Origin: Octopus sinensis
Taxonomy: Eukaryota
DNA: 64,000 bases
Direction: 5' to 3'
Assembly: GCF_006345805.1 (NCBI RefSeq)
Contig: NC_043005.1
Location: forward strand, 1,612,001 to 1,676,000
Part shown: in pieces, positions 1 to 11,389 of the stretch
Position numbering within the stretch: position 1 is the first letter of the stretch
Layout: each line of letters opens with the position of its first letter
Translations under genes and position numbers: made by a program
The notes under the pieces: model-generated
Seen by the model: only the letters and a program-made list of their open reading frames with translations
Told to the model about the DNA's origin: nothing
Databases searched by the model: none

Positions 1-115
1 TACACATATATATATATACATACATACACACACACATATATTGATAAAAATGGTAAGACACCAAAAGAATGAAAGAGACCTCAATATTATGTAAATAGAG
101 GAATATATCTGTAAA

Positions 116-297
116 TGTAATATGTGACAATTATTCGGTAGCCATGTTAAAACTCTGAGTTTCAGATGCTGAGGTGGAAATCCACCTCATTTTCATAGCA
201 TTTTTTCTAATGGCCAGATAACTGAAAAGATGGCGGCGTGGATTTCCACCTTGGTGTCTGAAACTCAGAGGCTACCGAATAATTGTCACATATTACA
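116..297. repeat. Inverted repeat / hairpin, probably head-to-head Penelope-type LTR remnants
   Basis: 116-143 and 153-185 (tgtaatatgtgacaattattcggtagcc...ctctgagtttcagatgctgaggtggaaatccac) are reverse-complementary to 238-297 (gtggatttccaccttggtgtctgaaactcagaggctaccgaataattgtcacatattaca). Confidence 0.8.
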
Positions 298-334
298 CAC
301 ATATAGTTACATTATTAGTGTAAATACACAGAGA

Positions 335-485
335 AAGGCATTAATGATTCAGACAAAATGCTGGGCAGCATTTCTTTTGGTACTTTACATTCTGAGTTCA
401 AATCCCACAAATGCCCCTGATGTCAACTTTGTCTTTTATCTTTACGGGGTCAATAAAATAAAGTACTGGCCTGATGCCAAAATTT
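335..485 (+). mobile_element. tRNA-derived SINE fragment
   Basis: B-box-like gagttcaaatccc followed by gtcaactttgtcttttatctttacggggtcaataaaataaagtac; the same motif recurs near 36420-36490 and, reversed, near 57780-57865. Confidence 0.6.
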
Positions 486-840
486 GAAACCATCGTAATT
501 ATCATTATCATCATTATTATTATCATTGTAAAAACATACAAACACACACAAACACACGTAGTGTAAGTTATTCTTTTGAAGTGTTAATTAAAAAAAAAAC
601 ATTATGGACAGACAAAATTTGCTAAACATCATTTGGTCTGATTGTCAAAACTCTGCTATGGATAATAGACATCAAAGTCATTGTATCCAATAATAATAGA
701 GGGATATGTAGGTAATTAAACAGATTTAATCAGCTGATTTAAACAGTTGAATTGAAGTTGAATCTTAATGAATGAAATATTGTAAATTGCAGTTTAAATT
801 ACTAACTTCAATTTGATGGAGGCATATTAATGAATGTATA

Positions 841-980
841 TGAGGCTGAGTAAAAAGTAAGCAACGTTTTGAAACATAGAATTCATCAAAATATATTTGA
901 ACAATGTGGAAATTTTATTCCACAAAGTAAGTACAATTAGAATCAACACATTCTTGCCAACGAGTTACAAGTTTACATTA
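841..980 (-). mobile_element. Mariner 3' end remnant
   Basis: TA followed by TIR-like tgaggctgagtaaaaagtaagcaacg; minus strand encodes KLVTRWQECVD, matching the mariner C-terminal KL..RW..C motif. Confidence 0.6.
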
Positions 981-1030
981 TTTACAGTATTTACATTCAA
1001 CGGATATTTGTCCTCATCTTGTTTGTTGTT

Positions 1031-1076
1031 AACACAACGTTTCGGCTGATATACCCTCCAGCCTTCGTCAGGTGTC
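1031..1076 (-). ncRNA. Minimal type I hammerhead ribozyme within a ~165-bp Penelope-LTR-like repeat (about 970-1135)
   Basis: Minus strand reads gacac-CTGACGA-a-ggctg(gagggtatat)cagcc-GAAACGT-T-gtgtt: stem I gacac/gtgtt, intact CUGANGA and GAAA core, 5-bp stem II, palindromic ACGU stem III, GUU cleavage triplet. Confidence 0.75.
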
Positions 1077-1214
1077 TTGGGGAAATTTCGAACCTGGGTT
1101 CTCATTCCGAAGGTATTTTTCGATGTTATTATTATTGTTATGTTGCCAGAGCCGCTAACTGGCTTCCATGCCGGTGGCACGTAAAAAGCACCATTCGAGC
1201 GTGATCGTTATGTG

Positions 1215-1893
1215 GATGAAGCCTTTTTTTAGCTGGGGTGCCGGTATTTTTCCTTTCCTTACCCACTGTCTTTGGCACTTGACATTTTTATTTTTATAGA
1301 GAACCCATTTCTCATCACCAGTCCAAAAAAGGTTAATTCGTGAGATGTGATGGCAAAGAAGAGCACACATTCACTCTCTATGCACGATTAGGCTCAGAAA
1401 GTTTGTGAGGAACCCATTGACCCAATTTGCTGACTTTTCCGGTGGTATGCAGGTGTCAAAGAATGGTTGAATGACCAAATCCAAGCTTCTCTGATAATTT
1501 CTCAACAGTTACAATGGGATTTTGTTCCACCAGGATTTGCAGGATGTCCTTGTTGAGCTGTACAGATCTTCCAGGACAAGCCTTGTCTTCTAGGCTGTAG
1601 TTTCCGGCTCAGAATTTCTGGAACCACCATTGACACTGGCTTACACTTATTGCCTGATCCCCATATACTGTATTAACATTCCTTGCACTTTCTGTTTTGT
1701 TGTTACCTTTATTGAACTCATAAAGCAAAATATGCCAAATGTGCTCCATTATAGCCTTGGAAAGATAACTGTTAAAGTCAAACTGCACTCTTCAAAACTT
1801 GCACTAAGAATAAGGCCAAAGTGAAATTACTACCTGCTTTTATAGCAAGTTGACTTTTAGTTCATGCAATTAAAATTATTTATGGGCTGATCC
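1215..1893 (-). mobile_element. Mariner transposase 5' fragment, decayed
   Basis: EHIWHILLYEFNKG near 1705-1750 and TGDEKWVLYKN...RQWVRKGKIPAPQLKKG (ORF 1155-1370). Confidence 0.75.
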
Positions 1894-2059
1894 AGTATAT
1901 ATATACATACACACATATAAAATACATCAGTGGTAGCACCATTTGTGTCCAGGTGTGGCTCATCTGGAGCCTCCATGATGCTTATACCTGACATGGTTCA
2001 GGAGGCCAAGTCAGGAATGGAACAGCCACAAGCATTAGTCACATGACAGAATGGGTGGT

Positions 2060-2560
2060 CATCTTGGCTGGAGTTTCCAGGCCTTGTGTTGCTTTCATTT
2101 TACTTCTTCAGTGTTTCTCCTGGAACCATCAAAATGAATTGCAGTTCACCAGGATGGAATGTTGGTAACTTGTGATTCCAGCTTGAAGCCCTGCAGTTCA
2201 GTAGCCTTTGCTTGTCACCAAACGTTCTGATTTCTTCTCAGGCATCTTTGGCTCAGCTGCATTTCTTGCATGAGGAATTCTTTGTTGCTTCTCGTTAGGT
2301 GGTTTTCACAAGCAAGCTGTTCTTTTCTTATTGATCAGATATTCGATCTCTTTGTTGTTTCCAGTGAACCAGTCTTGGTTCTGGTACTCTGAGTAGCAGA
2401 CGACCTCATTTGCAGCAGATGTCATTGTGTCACACAGAATATCACAGTCATTTGGTGTAGGATTCCCATTCCGCCTTTCCCTCAAATGTTGGTTCCCTGC
2501 TCCTTGGAAGAACTGGGATGTTTCTGGGTGCTTTTGTAACAATCATATCTTGGTTTGTGC
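2060..2560 (-). mobile_element. RTE-clade LINE fragment (endonuclease-RT linker)
   Basis: QDWFTGNNKEIEYLINKKRTA resembles the RTE/BovB linker motif WF.EN..EI..L...K. Confidence 0.5.
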
Positions 2561-3224
2561 TTTTGAGTATTTTGGGATACCAAGGTGATGGACAGATGAA
2601 GTTGAGACGTGGGAGCACAAATTGGTGATTGGTCTAGCAATCACCGGTGCCTGGTAAGGATCTGGTGATCCTCACATCCTTCTTGTTTCGGGTCCTTGTT
2701 AATACTGGCCTAATAGGCTACCTAATGTATAAAGAATATATGCATTATTATACTGTTTCAGTCATTGGATTGAGACCATGCTGCAGCATGGCATTAAAGA
2801 TCAACCAAAATATTTATTTCAGTTTGGTGCATTATTTTTATATCAAAATTACTTGCTTTTGAGGAGAAGCTGTCATCAAAAGTAATAAAATTTGGATGGA
2901 CGCTTGTAAATAAACACACACACACACACACGTGCACACATCGTCCTATCCAGTCATCTAAAAAAATAAAATGAAACAAAAGAAGAAAGACAAAGCAGGG
3001 AAGAGAGAGGATTGTTTAGTGTTGTTAGAGACAAGAGAAACTCTTTGGGGGTCAAGAAACAGAGGGAAATGACGTAAGAGCAAAGAAGAACCCATAACCT
3101 TTTGCATGGTTTGTGTCAGCGAAATTTCATTGGGAAGGTGTTGGTCAAATTAAGGGTGGTGCGCTGTGGGATTGAACCAGACTTTGTGGAGAGGAAACAA
3201 ACTTTTTAATTATGCATTTATGCC

Positions 3225-3570
3225 TATGTATGTATGTATGTATGTATGTATGTATGTATGTATGTATGTATGTGTGTATGTATGTATGTATGTATGTATG
3301 TATGTGTGTATGTATGTATGTATGTGTGTGTATGTATGTATGTGTGTATGTATGTGTGTATGTATGTATGTATGTGTGTATGTATGTATGTATGTGTGTA
3401 TGTATGTGTGTATGTATGTATGTATGTATGTGTGTATGTATGTATGTATGTATGTGTGTATGTATGTATGTGTGTATGTATGTATGTATGTATGTGTGTA
3501 TGTATGTATGTATGTATGTGTGTATGTATGTATGTATGTATGTATGTGTATTCATGCATACATGCATGTA
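3225..3570. repeat. (TATG)n/(TG)n compound microsatellite
   Basis: Direct reading. Similar arrays at 9600-9900, 12810-13055, 25500-25615, 28048-28435 and 34690-35390. Confidence 0.98.
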
Positions 3571-4180
3571 TCATCATCCTCATCATCGTTTAATGTCCGT
3601 TTTCCATGCTGGCATGGGTTGGACGCTTTGACTGAGGGCTGGCAAACCAAATGGCTGCACCAGACTCCAGTCTGATCTGGCAGAGTTTCTACAGCTGGAT
3701 GCCCTTCCTAATGCCAACCACTCCAAGAGTGTAGTGGGTGCTTTTATGTGCCACTGGCACAAGGGCCAATCCAGTGGCACTAGCAACGACCTCACTAATA
3801 TTTTTTCACATGCCACCAGTACAAGTGCTATTAAGGTGACGCAGGTAATGATCACGCTCAAATGGTGTTTTTAATGTGCCACCGGCATGGAGGCCAGCTT
3901 GTTGCTCTGGCAATGATCTCACTTGTATGGTACTCTTAGCGCTCCACTAGCACGGATGCCAGTCATTGAATTTGATTTTGATTTCACTTGCCTCAACAGG
4001 TCTTCGCAAGCAGAGTTTAGTGTCCAATGAAGGAAATGCATGCATAAGTGGACTGGTTACCCTCCTGGAATAGGCCACAAGGTTATGATCTCGTGCTTGC
4101 CAAGTCTTCTCAAGCACAGCATATTTCTAGAGGTCCCAGTCACTAGTCATTGCCTCGGTGAGGCCCAAATACTGAAGACT
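3571..4180 (-). mobile_element. 5'-truncated RTE LINE (3' UTR and C-terminus) ending in a (TGA)n tail
   Basis: Same 3' UTR (gctgtagaaactctgccagatcag...ccaacccatgccagcatggaaaacggac...(tga)n) as the RT-bearing copies at 11390-12805 and 16316-19770. Confidence 0.85.
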
Positions 4181-4544
4181 GTTGTATAATGGTCAGTAGA
4201 GTTGGGTGTAGTGGTATGGCATGACAGTGAATATTTGTTGCATTTTTGTGTTGCAGGTGGCTAGGACTATGATATAGAGCTCTTTCAGGAGACTATAGTA
4301 GAAGCAGACATGGTGTACTCAGCCAATGCATATCAGTCTCAACTGTACAAATATTTCTGAGTGGTTGACAAGCTGGACTAATAAAACATACTACTTAGGT
4401 AAATTGGCTGTGCATGTGGAATTTGAGTTAATCCAACTCAGAAGGGACAACTTAAGATGAGACATGACTTTCGAATAGCAGAATATATTTTGCCGTGTTG
4501 GCTTGAATTAGTGTCTATTTCATCTTTATCATTGGTTTATCATT

Positions 4545-4830
4545 CACTTTTTCATGCTTGCATGGGTTAGACAGCTTATAGAGATAGATTTTCTACAGCC
4601 GGATAGCTTTCCTGTTATCAATCCTTACCAGTTTCCAAGCAAGGTAATATTTCTCTTGGCCAGTCATGTTTTTTTGCAGAACATTGGAAATGACTGACAA
4701 ACAATATCAAGACAAGTGGACAGACACACACACAATGATGGGCATCTTTCAGTTTCCATCTACCAAATCCACTCACAAGCCTTGAACTACAGCAGAAGAC
4801 AGTTGCCCAAGGTGACACACAGCACCCCCT
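4545..4830 (-). mobile_element. SINE-like repeat with an RTE-related 3' tail
   Basis: catgcttgcatgggttagacag...tttctacagccggat matches the RTE 3' end but is attached to an unrelated body ending at ttgcccaaggtgac. Confidence 0.5.
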
Positions 4831-5383
4831 GTGCTTCAGGTTTGAAACAAGTTTGCAACCTTATACAAACAATATGCAAGCAGTTAGAAAACATCTTGTC
4901 TGACTAAAGTGTATGGTTTTTACATTCAAATGTCATGCATAATTGCATAATAAATTGCTGAGATCATAAATGAACATTTAAATTTTAGCTCAGGTGTGCA
5001 ATTAAGACAAGGGGGAAATGATTCTACAAATAAATACCACTGCTATGGTTGGGGAAGAGAAACTAAAATTTACACCCTGCCCCCACATCACAATCATATA
5101 GGCAAATGCCAACATCCATTATCTACATCACAATCATATAGGCAAATGCCAACATCCATTATCTACATAAAAAAACTAAACTCCAAAGAGAGATCCCTAC
5201 ACTGACACAATTAAAACTAACAAAATCTATCTCAAATCACAGCCTACTGATTTAAAGGGAAGAGGACATCAGATAGAAGTAAAAAAAAAAGTGGCATCTT
5301 TGATCATAGTGTTGTTCAATAAGAGGAATTCTTGGGGGCTAAACAATAAACAAATTAATAAATAAAACAATATCTAAACTTAC

Positions 5384-5562
5384 TTTTACTCCATCAGTTG
5401 AATGTAAATGATCTTTCAGCTGTTTGGCAGCATTGAGATGCCGGTCTCTATCACTCTCCTTGAGCAGACGTCGCATCACCTGGGAGAGTCGAGAGTCACC
5501 TGTAAAACTTTTCATAGAGTCTTCTTGCAGTTTCCTCTCATTTCTTGTCAATAGAGAAAGAG
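5384..5562 (-). CDS. SMG1: Exon of serine/threonine-protein kinase SMG1 (PIKK family, NMD), N-terminal region
   Basis: Encodes ...TRNERKLQEDSMKSFTGDSRLSQVMRRLLKESDRDRHLNAAKQLKDHLHSTDGVK, which aligns to human SMG1 as I recall it (TKDMRKSQERSMSYSDESRLSNLLRRITREDDRDRRLATVKQLKEFIQQPENK). Canonical GTAAGT donor after 5384 (phase 0). Two phase-1 acceptors: ttttacAG (exon starts 5499) or aaaaccAG (exon starts 5562). In-frame TAA at 5572-5570. Confidence 0.85.
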
Positions 5563-5574
5563 CTGGTTTTTAAC

Positions 5575-8361
5575 CTACATCCAAGACTCCTTAAATGGAT
5601 ATTATCAGCCTCGTGTATACAAACTCGGTCAAGAGATGCACTTCAACACTTGATGGTTAAAAGATGTTGCTGAAAGGATATGATATGACATTCAAAGGCA
5701 TTTTGAATCGATGCTAAGCCTCTGCCACTTTGCTTTCGTTTTAGGTAGAGGCGGTCTACGTCACTGTTTATGTGGAAATTATGCGTGCTTGTTAGTATTT
5801 TCCGGGTTTTCACATCAACGGCTCGGATTTCATCAGGTGTCCAATCAAGTAGACCAAATGTACTGGCACAGTATGCACACTGTGGGCTACTGTTTTATTG
5901 AATGCAGAGAGTTCTGAGGTCGAAATTTTCTTTATTCGGTTGTAATACTCATCAGTGACACGTATTTTGTTACAGGTGCCATTGTAAGATATGTTTTCAT
6001 CCACCCCCAGATACCTGTAACATTCCTCGTCAGATACCGAGAAAACAGTCAAATCGTTGATGGAGATGTTATTAGTCTGGTTTACCGTTTTCTCCATTTT
6101 CACAACCATATAACATCATTTATCCCGACCAAACTCCAACCCTACATCCTTTGAAAATGTTGTAACTAGGTCAAGGCTCTTTTTCATCTCATGCATATTC
6201 TTTGCATAAAGTTTTAAGTCAACCAAAAAGAAGCAGTGCGTCCTTTTGGTATATTTGTTTCCTTGTGAATCAGTGAGATATCCTTCAGACTTCCTTAACA
6301 TGAATGACAAGGGGTTTACAGAAAGTATAAACAACATTACAGAGAGGCTGTCTCCTTGGAATATGCCTTTGCTATATTGTATACTATTGGTGATAATACA
6401 GTCACTCCTTGTGCTTCAAGATAGTGGTCCACGATGAAGTCAGGTCAGCTATGGCTTTGACTATGATCACTGGAACTTTAGCAAGACGAAGGGCTTCTAG
6501 CATCCATGAGTGGGGAACAGAGTCAAAGGCTTTCTTGCAGTCTTGCCACATTGAAACTTGGTTCCTTCTGTGCTCTCGTACCTCTGACATCACAGTTTTG
6601 TTGATTAACAATTGCTCGGCACATCCCCAAGCTCCCTTCTTCCCAGCAGCTTGTTCTGCTGTGATAATGTTATTGGTTTCACAATTGTACTGGAGGAAGA
6701 GCTTTAAACATGCTGTATGTATCTTATATATTAAGTTCTGGCATGCAGTTGGCCGGTAGATTTTTGCCATGTGGGTAGTTTTGCATTTGAGGATCAATTT
6801 CGTCTCTGCCAGAGCTAACCAGTGTGGTATGCTACAGTTCCCATTGAGAGCTTGCTGGTACAGATCGATAAGATAGGGTCGGTAGAATGTTAGTTTCTCG
6901 AACCAATATCCAATAATCAAGTCTCTTCCAGGTGGTTTTCCATCTTGAAGGTTTTGAATCACAGTTGCAAGGGTATCACCATCGATGCTTGGGTGTAACA
7001 CAGGAGTAATAACTTCTTTGGATTTCTTCCAGACGCAGAGCATCTTGGTTAAACTCCTTCTCTTCACTCTAGATTTTCCTCCAGAAGAAGTCTATGTCTT
7101 CTTGTGAAGGAGCTTCTGTGATGTTCACTGCCCCCCCCCCTCATATACTGCTTCCAGGTTATGGTTGAATTTTTTGCTCATTGTTCTTCTCTCGGTTATT
7201 CTCTGCTGATGTCGGGGTTTCTCACCGACAGCTTTTAGCTCCTGCTTGAGAGTAATCAGTTTGCAAGTGAGTGTCCTCTTTTTGCTGTCTCCAGACACCA
7301 TTTCCATCTCCTTCTTTACTCTCTGTCGGTCGGACGTTTAGTGATTTGCTTGTTTGCATGCAATAAGCATCATTTCTGATGGTCTTCCATAAACCATTTA
7401 TCTTTTTCTCCGTCTTCAGAACCCATGATGGTGTTTTCTTTGTTGTTTTGTTCTCGTTTACCTTTTTAATGCAAAGCTCTACATGAATATAAACAGTATA
7501 GAGCAGATAGACAGGAGTTAATCTGCCAGAATGTGGGTTCACCACTCTGTTGTGAATACTCATCACCAATTCCGTTAACAGCTTTTTATACCGTATCTGG
7601 TGGGTTTGTTTTTTACTTACTTTGGTAGAGAATACTCTCTCCTCGAAGGAGTCCTTCAAAGCCAAAGTTATTTTTTCTCGGAAAATTTCAGTAAGGACAT
7701 ATTTCACCGGCATATAATCTTGACTACTACTACTACTACTACTACTACAATAATCGTTGTGGTTGTGCCTGCTATTTACCCTAATCTTAGTTGGGGGGAC
7801 AGTGGTCAGTTACTTGAGCCAGTAATGTAGTTTGGCTGGCTGGCATTATGGAATCTACTGGAATGTCGATAACTGCGAAACCACGTGGTGATCTTATGTC
7901 AGCCACGTTTACGTTTTTGTTTATAGAGTTGGGAACGAGATTAATTTTCGATTTTTTAATAAAGTTACAGTTAGTTACAAACCTTCTTTCAATGTTCTAC
8001 AAATGCTGCTTCTTGGCGTAGTTGCTTCGCAGTAAAATGGTTTAATTCTGGATGAAGATCGTCCCAATATGATTTCTATCTTTCATACAGCCAACAGAGG
8101 GGTTTTGTTTCGCCTTTTCGCAGCAGTTAAATAGATCGTTATTCAATTCATAATTCCAAAAGAAACGAGTTTTGTAGTTACGGTTTCGGCGATCTTAGGT
8201 TTGTAGTAGCACGTTTTCATCGATGATTTCTGTAAAAAACTATTATTTTTTTACATATGGGCTTGCGGGAACATTTCAAGTAATGAGAGCGAAAGAGACT
8301 AAGAGGAAGCGATTTTATGACAAGGGAATTTCTTTAGAAGTTACCGAAGCATTGATGTACA

Positions 8362-8392
<31 letters not shown>

Positions 8393-9283
8393 GTGTGTTT
8401 GATGGAGTGTGGGAGACAGACAGTATGTTGTGTAAGTGAAGTGCTTCTGTTAGTGTGTGTGAAGAGACAGAGAGAGTAATGTGTGAAAGAGAGAGATAAC
8501 TGAAATTTTTTACTCGGTATGTGTATATGTATGTATGCATGTATGTGTGTGTGTGTGTAAGTATGTGTGTGTGTATGTATGTATGTATGTGTGTATGTCT
8601 GAATGTATGTGTGTGTGTAAGTATGTATGTGTGTATGTATGTATGTATGGCCGATTCAGTGTAATTATTTACTCGGTGTATGTGTATATGTATGTCTGAA
8701 TGTATGTGTGTGTGTGTATGTGTGTATGTATGTATGTATGGCCGATTCAGTGTAATTATTTACACGGTGTATGTGTATATGTATGTCTGAATGTATGTGT
8801 GTGTGTGTGTATGTGTGTATGTATGTATGTATGGCCGATTCAGTGTACACTGAATCGGCCATACATACATACATACATACATACATACATACATACATAC
8901 ATACATACACACATACACACATACACACACACATACTTACACACACACACATACATAGATACATACACACACACATACATGCAGACATACATATACACAT
9001 ACACCGAGTAAATAATTACACTGAATCGACCATACATACATACATACACACACACATACATAGATACATACACACATACATAGATACATACACACATACA
9101 TACACACACACATACTTACACACACACACACACACATACATGCATACATATACACACACCGAGTAAAAAATTTCAGTTATCTCTCTCTTTCACACATTAC
9201 TCTCTCTGTCTCTTCACACACACTAACAGAAGCACTTCACTTACACAACATACTGTCTGTCTCCCACACTCCATCAAACACAC

Positions 9284-9314
<31 letters not shown>

Positions 9315-9600
9315 TGTACATCAATGCTTCTGTAACTTCAAAAGAAATTCCCTCGTCATAAAATCGCTTCCTCTTAGTCTCTTTCGCTCTCATTACTTCA
9401 AATGTTCCCGCAAGCCCATATGTAAAAAAATAAAAGATTTTACGGAAATCATCGACGGAAACGTGCTACTACAAACGAAAGATCGCCACGGTTTCTTCTA
9501 TAACTACAGCTAGAAAGAATTTGTTTACCTGTTCAGCTGTTTTTGTTCCGTTCTTCGATTGTGTTGTTGATGTGTCCAGCCCTGTTGTTTGTAGTAACTT
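5575..9600 (-). mobile_element. Decayed R4/Dong-clade LINE, 5' region through RT, 3' RLE missing, interrupted by the 8188-9487 element
   Basis: N-terminal RRNRNYKTRFFWNYELNNDLFNC / YWDDLHPELNHFTAKQLRQ; RT motifs KPPGRDLIIGYW, YRPTACQN, EQAAGKKGAWGCAEQLLINK, WQDCKKAFDSVPH, YRYLG, DVDRLYLKR..GRGL. Many stops and frameshifts. Confidence 0.85.
8188..9487. mobile_element. Non-autonomous foldback DNA transposon, Merlin-like; 1.3-kb spacerless palindrome
   Basis: Termini GGCGATCTT...AAGATCGCC; perfect 8-bp TSD ACGGTTTC at 8180-8187 and 9488-9495; arms reverse-complementary to the centre ccgattcagtgTAcactgaatcgg (about 8835-8858). Removing the element and one TSD restores the LINE frame CSYRRNRNYKTRFFW. 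Confidence 0.9.
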
Positions 9601-9904
9601 TTATGTGTGTATGTATGTATGTATGTATGTGTGTATATGTATGTATGTGTGTATGTGTGTGTATGTATGTGTGTATGTGTGTATGTATGTATGTATGTAT
9701 GTATGTATGTATGTATGTATGTATGTATGTATGTATGTATGTATGTGTGTATGTATGTATGTATGTGTATATGTATGTATGTGTGTATGCATGTATGTGT
9801 GTATGTGTGTGTATATGTATGCATGTATGTATGTATGTATGTATGTATGTATGTATGTATGTATGTATGTATGTGTGTGTATGTATGTATGTATGTATGT
9901 ACAG

Positions 9905-10085
9905 ATTTATATGTTTTGTTTTGTGTATTCTGATGCATATAGCTGCATATCTAGACTTAAATGATAAACGTCTGAAAAGTTTTGCGCATTTTTACAGTTC
10001 CAGTGATGGATTGGATCTGTAGTCTTCGAATCAGCTTTCTCCTTTCTGGTTTAGAGAAGCCTAATTTCTCAAGATTGGTATTTAA
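9905..10085 (-). mobile_element. Very short 3' end of an R4/Dong-clade LINE
   Basis: NTNLEKLGFSKPERRKLIRRLQIQSITGTVKMRKTFQTFII*, then a short UTR running into (CATA)n on the sense strand. Confidence 0.7.
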
Positions 10086-10100
10086 TGTATGTATATGTGT

Positions 10101-10133
<33 letters not shown>

Positions 10134-10139
10134 ATCAAA

Positions 10140-11365
10140 CATCGTTTTCTGTTTATTCTAACTTGTAAAGGTTTATATTTCTTATTAATTGGCATTTTTA
10201 TTTTTCAGATTCTATATGTGACTGTTTAATGATGCCATAAACAAAAGAAACCTCAGAACTGTCTGAATTTCAAAGAGGCCATATTGTGGGTCATTCTCAA
10301 GGTTGATATCGTCAGCGTAAAATCTTAGCAGAAAACCTTAGGATCCTGCTTTCTACAGTTAATAGAGTGATTGTGCAATTCACCAGAGAGGGGAAAGAAT
10401 CCACATCACCTTGTCCAGATTAACCAGGGCCCTATGACAAGACCTTTCTCTTTGCTAAGGGAAGTGTGGAGGATAATCCTTGTTGCAAGACCTCTGACAT
10501 AACAGAGCAAATTGATGTCAGTCCCAGAACAGCTGTCAGGTATCTCCACAAACTTGGTTACTACGGCAGAGCAAGAAGAAGGAAGCCACATCTTTGACCA
10601 GCCAATATGAAGCAGAGAAAAGATATGGCCAGTGAGATGGTGGAGAGGCCATTAGCATTTTGGGACACTGTCATGTTCTCTGATGAGTCCATGATTTGCT
10701 GTATTTCCTAGCAGTGGTTGTGTGTGGGTCTGGAGACTCTGTGATCAAGAATTTGATGTGAAAAGATTGCAACCAGCAATGGAACACGGCAGCTATTCTG
10801 TGATGGAATGGGGAACAATTTGGAGAAATGGTTGATCAGAGCTGGTGGAGTGTGAGGGAAAGATAAACTCAAATAAATATGTGTCCATATTGCAGAAAGG
10901 ACTCCTTCCAAACTTCTCCAGTGGTGAAATGATTAAAGAAGACTCTTTATTTGTGGAAGATGGGATTCCTTGTCACACGGTAAAAATGACCCAAGATTTG
11001 TCAGAAAAGAATGGCATTAGAAAGCTTCCAAAGCTAAGCCAGTCACCAGATATGAACCCTATAGAACAACACCTCTTGGGTATAATGGACAGGACATTTC
11101 ATAAACAGAACAAGAAAGCATCTTCAAAGCCAGATCTTTTGAGATTTTTGCATGAAACTTGGCAAGAAATTCCACAAGAGAATATTCATCATCTGATCAG
11201 TAACATGCCTAATAGGGAGGGTCCTTGGATTGAAAGGCAAAGAGCATGTCTACTAAATATTAAATGTTCACATTATAACAACAAATAATTTGAATGTATA
11301 ATTTCAGATTTAAATAAATTTTAATAAATATAAGGGTGTTTATTTACTTTTTACATGTCTGTGTA
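10140..11365 (+). mobile_element. Tc1-family DNA transposon with pseudogenised transposase
   Basis: SELSEFQRGHIVG (paired-like HTH), WDTVMFSDES, EDGIPCH, SQSPDMNPIEQH. The 3' TIR at about 11336-11365 matches the 5' TIR of the 27563 copy. Confidence 0.85.
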
Positions 11366-11389
11366 TATATAAGATGAGGGTCTGCAATG

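Noticed and set aside
4257-4398. Plus-strand segment with good acceptor (ttgcAG) and donor (GTaaat)
   Set aside because: Stops in all three frames and no recognisable protein; cannot be supported as an exon without RNA data.
4850-4905. Candidate next SMG1 exon (SDKMFSNCLHIVCIR)
   Set aside because: No similarity to the expected next SMG1 segment and a poor donor.
7840-8187. CpG-enriched stretch as SMG1 promoter or first exon
   Set aside because: It translates on minus as the R4/Dong N-terminus (YWDDLHPELNHFTAKQLRQ) and continues in frame across the foldback TSD.
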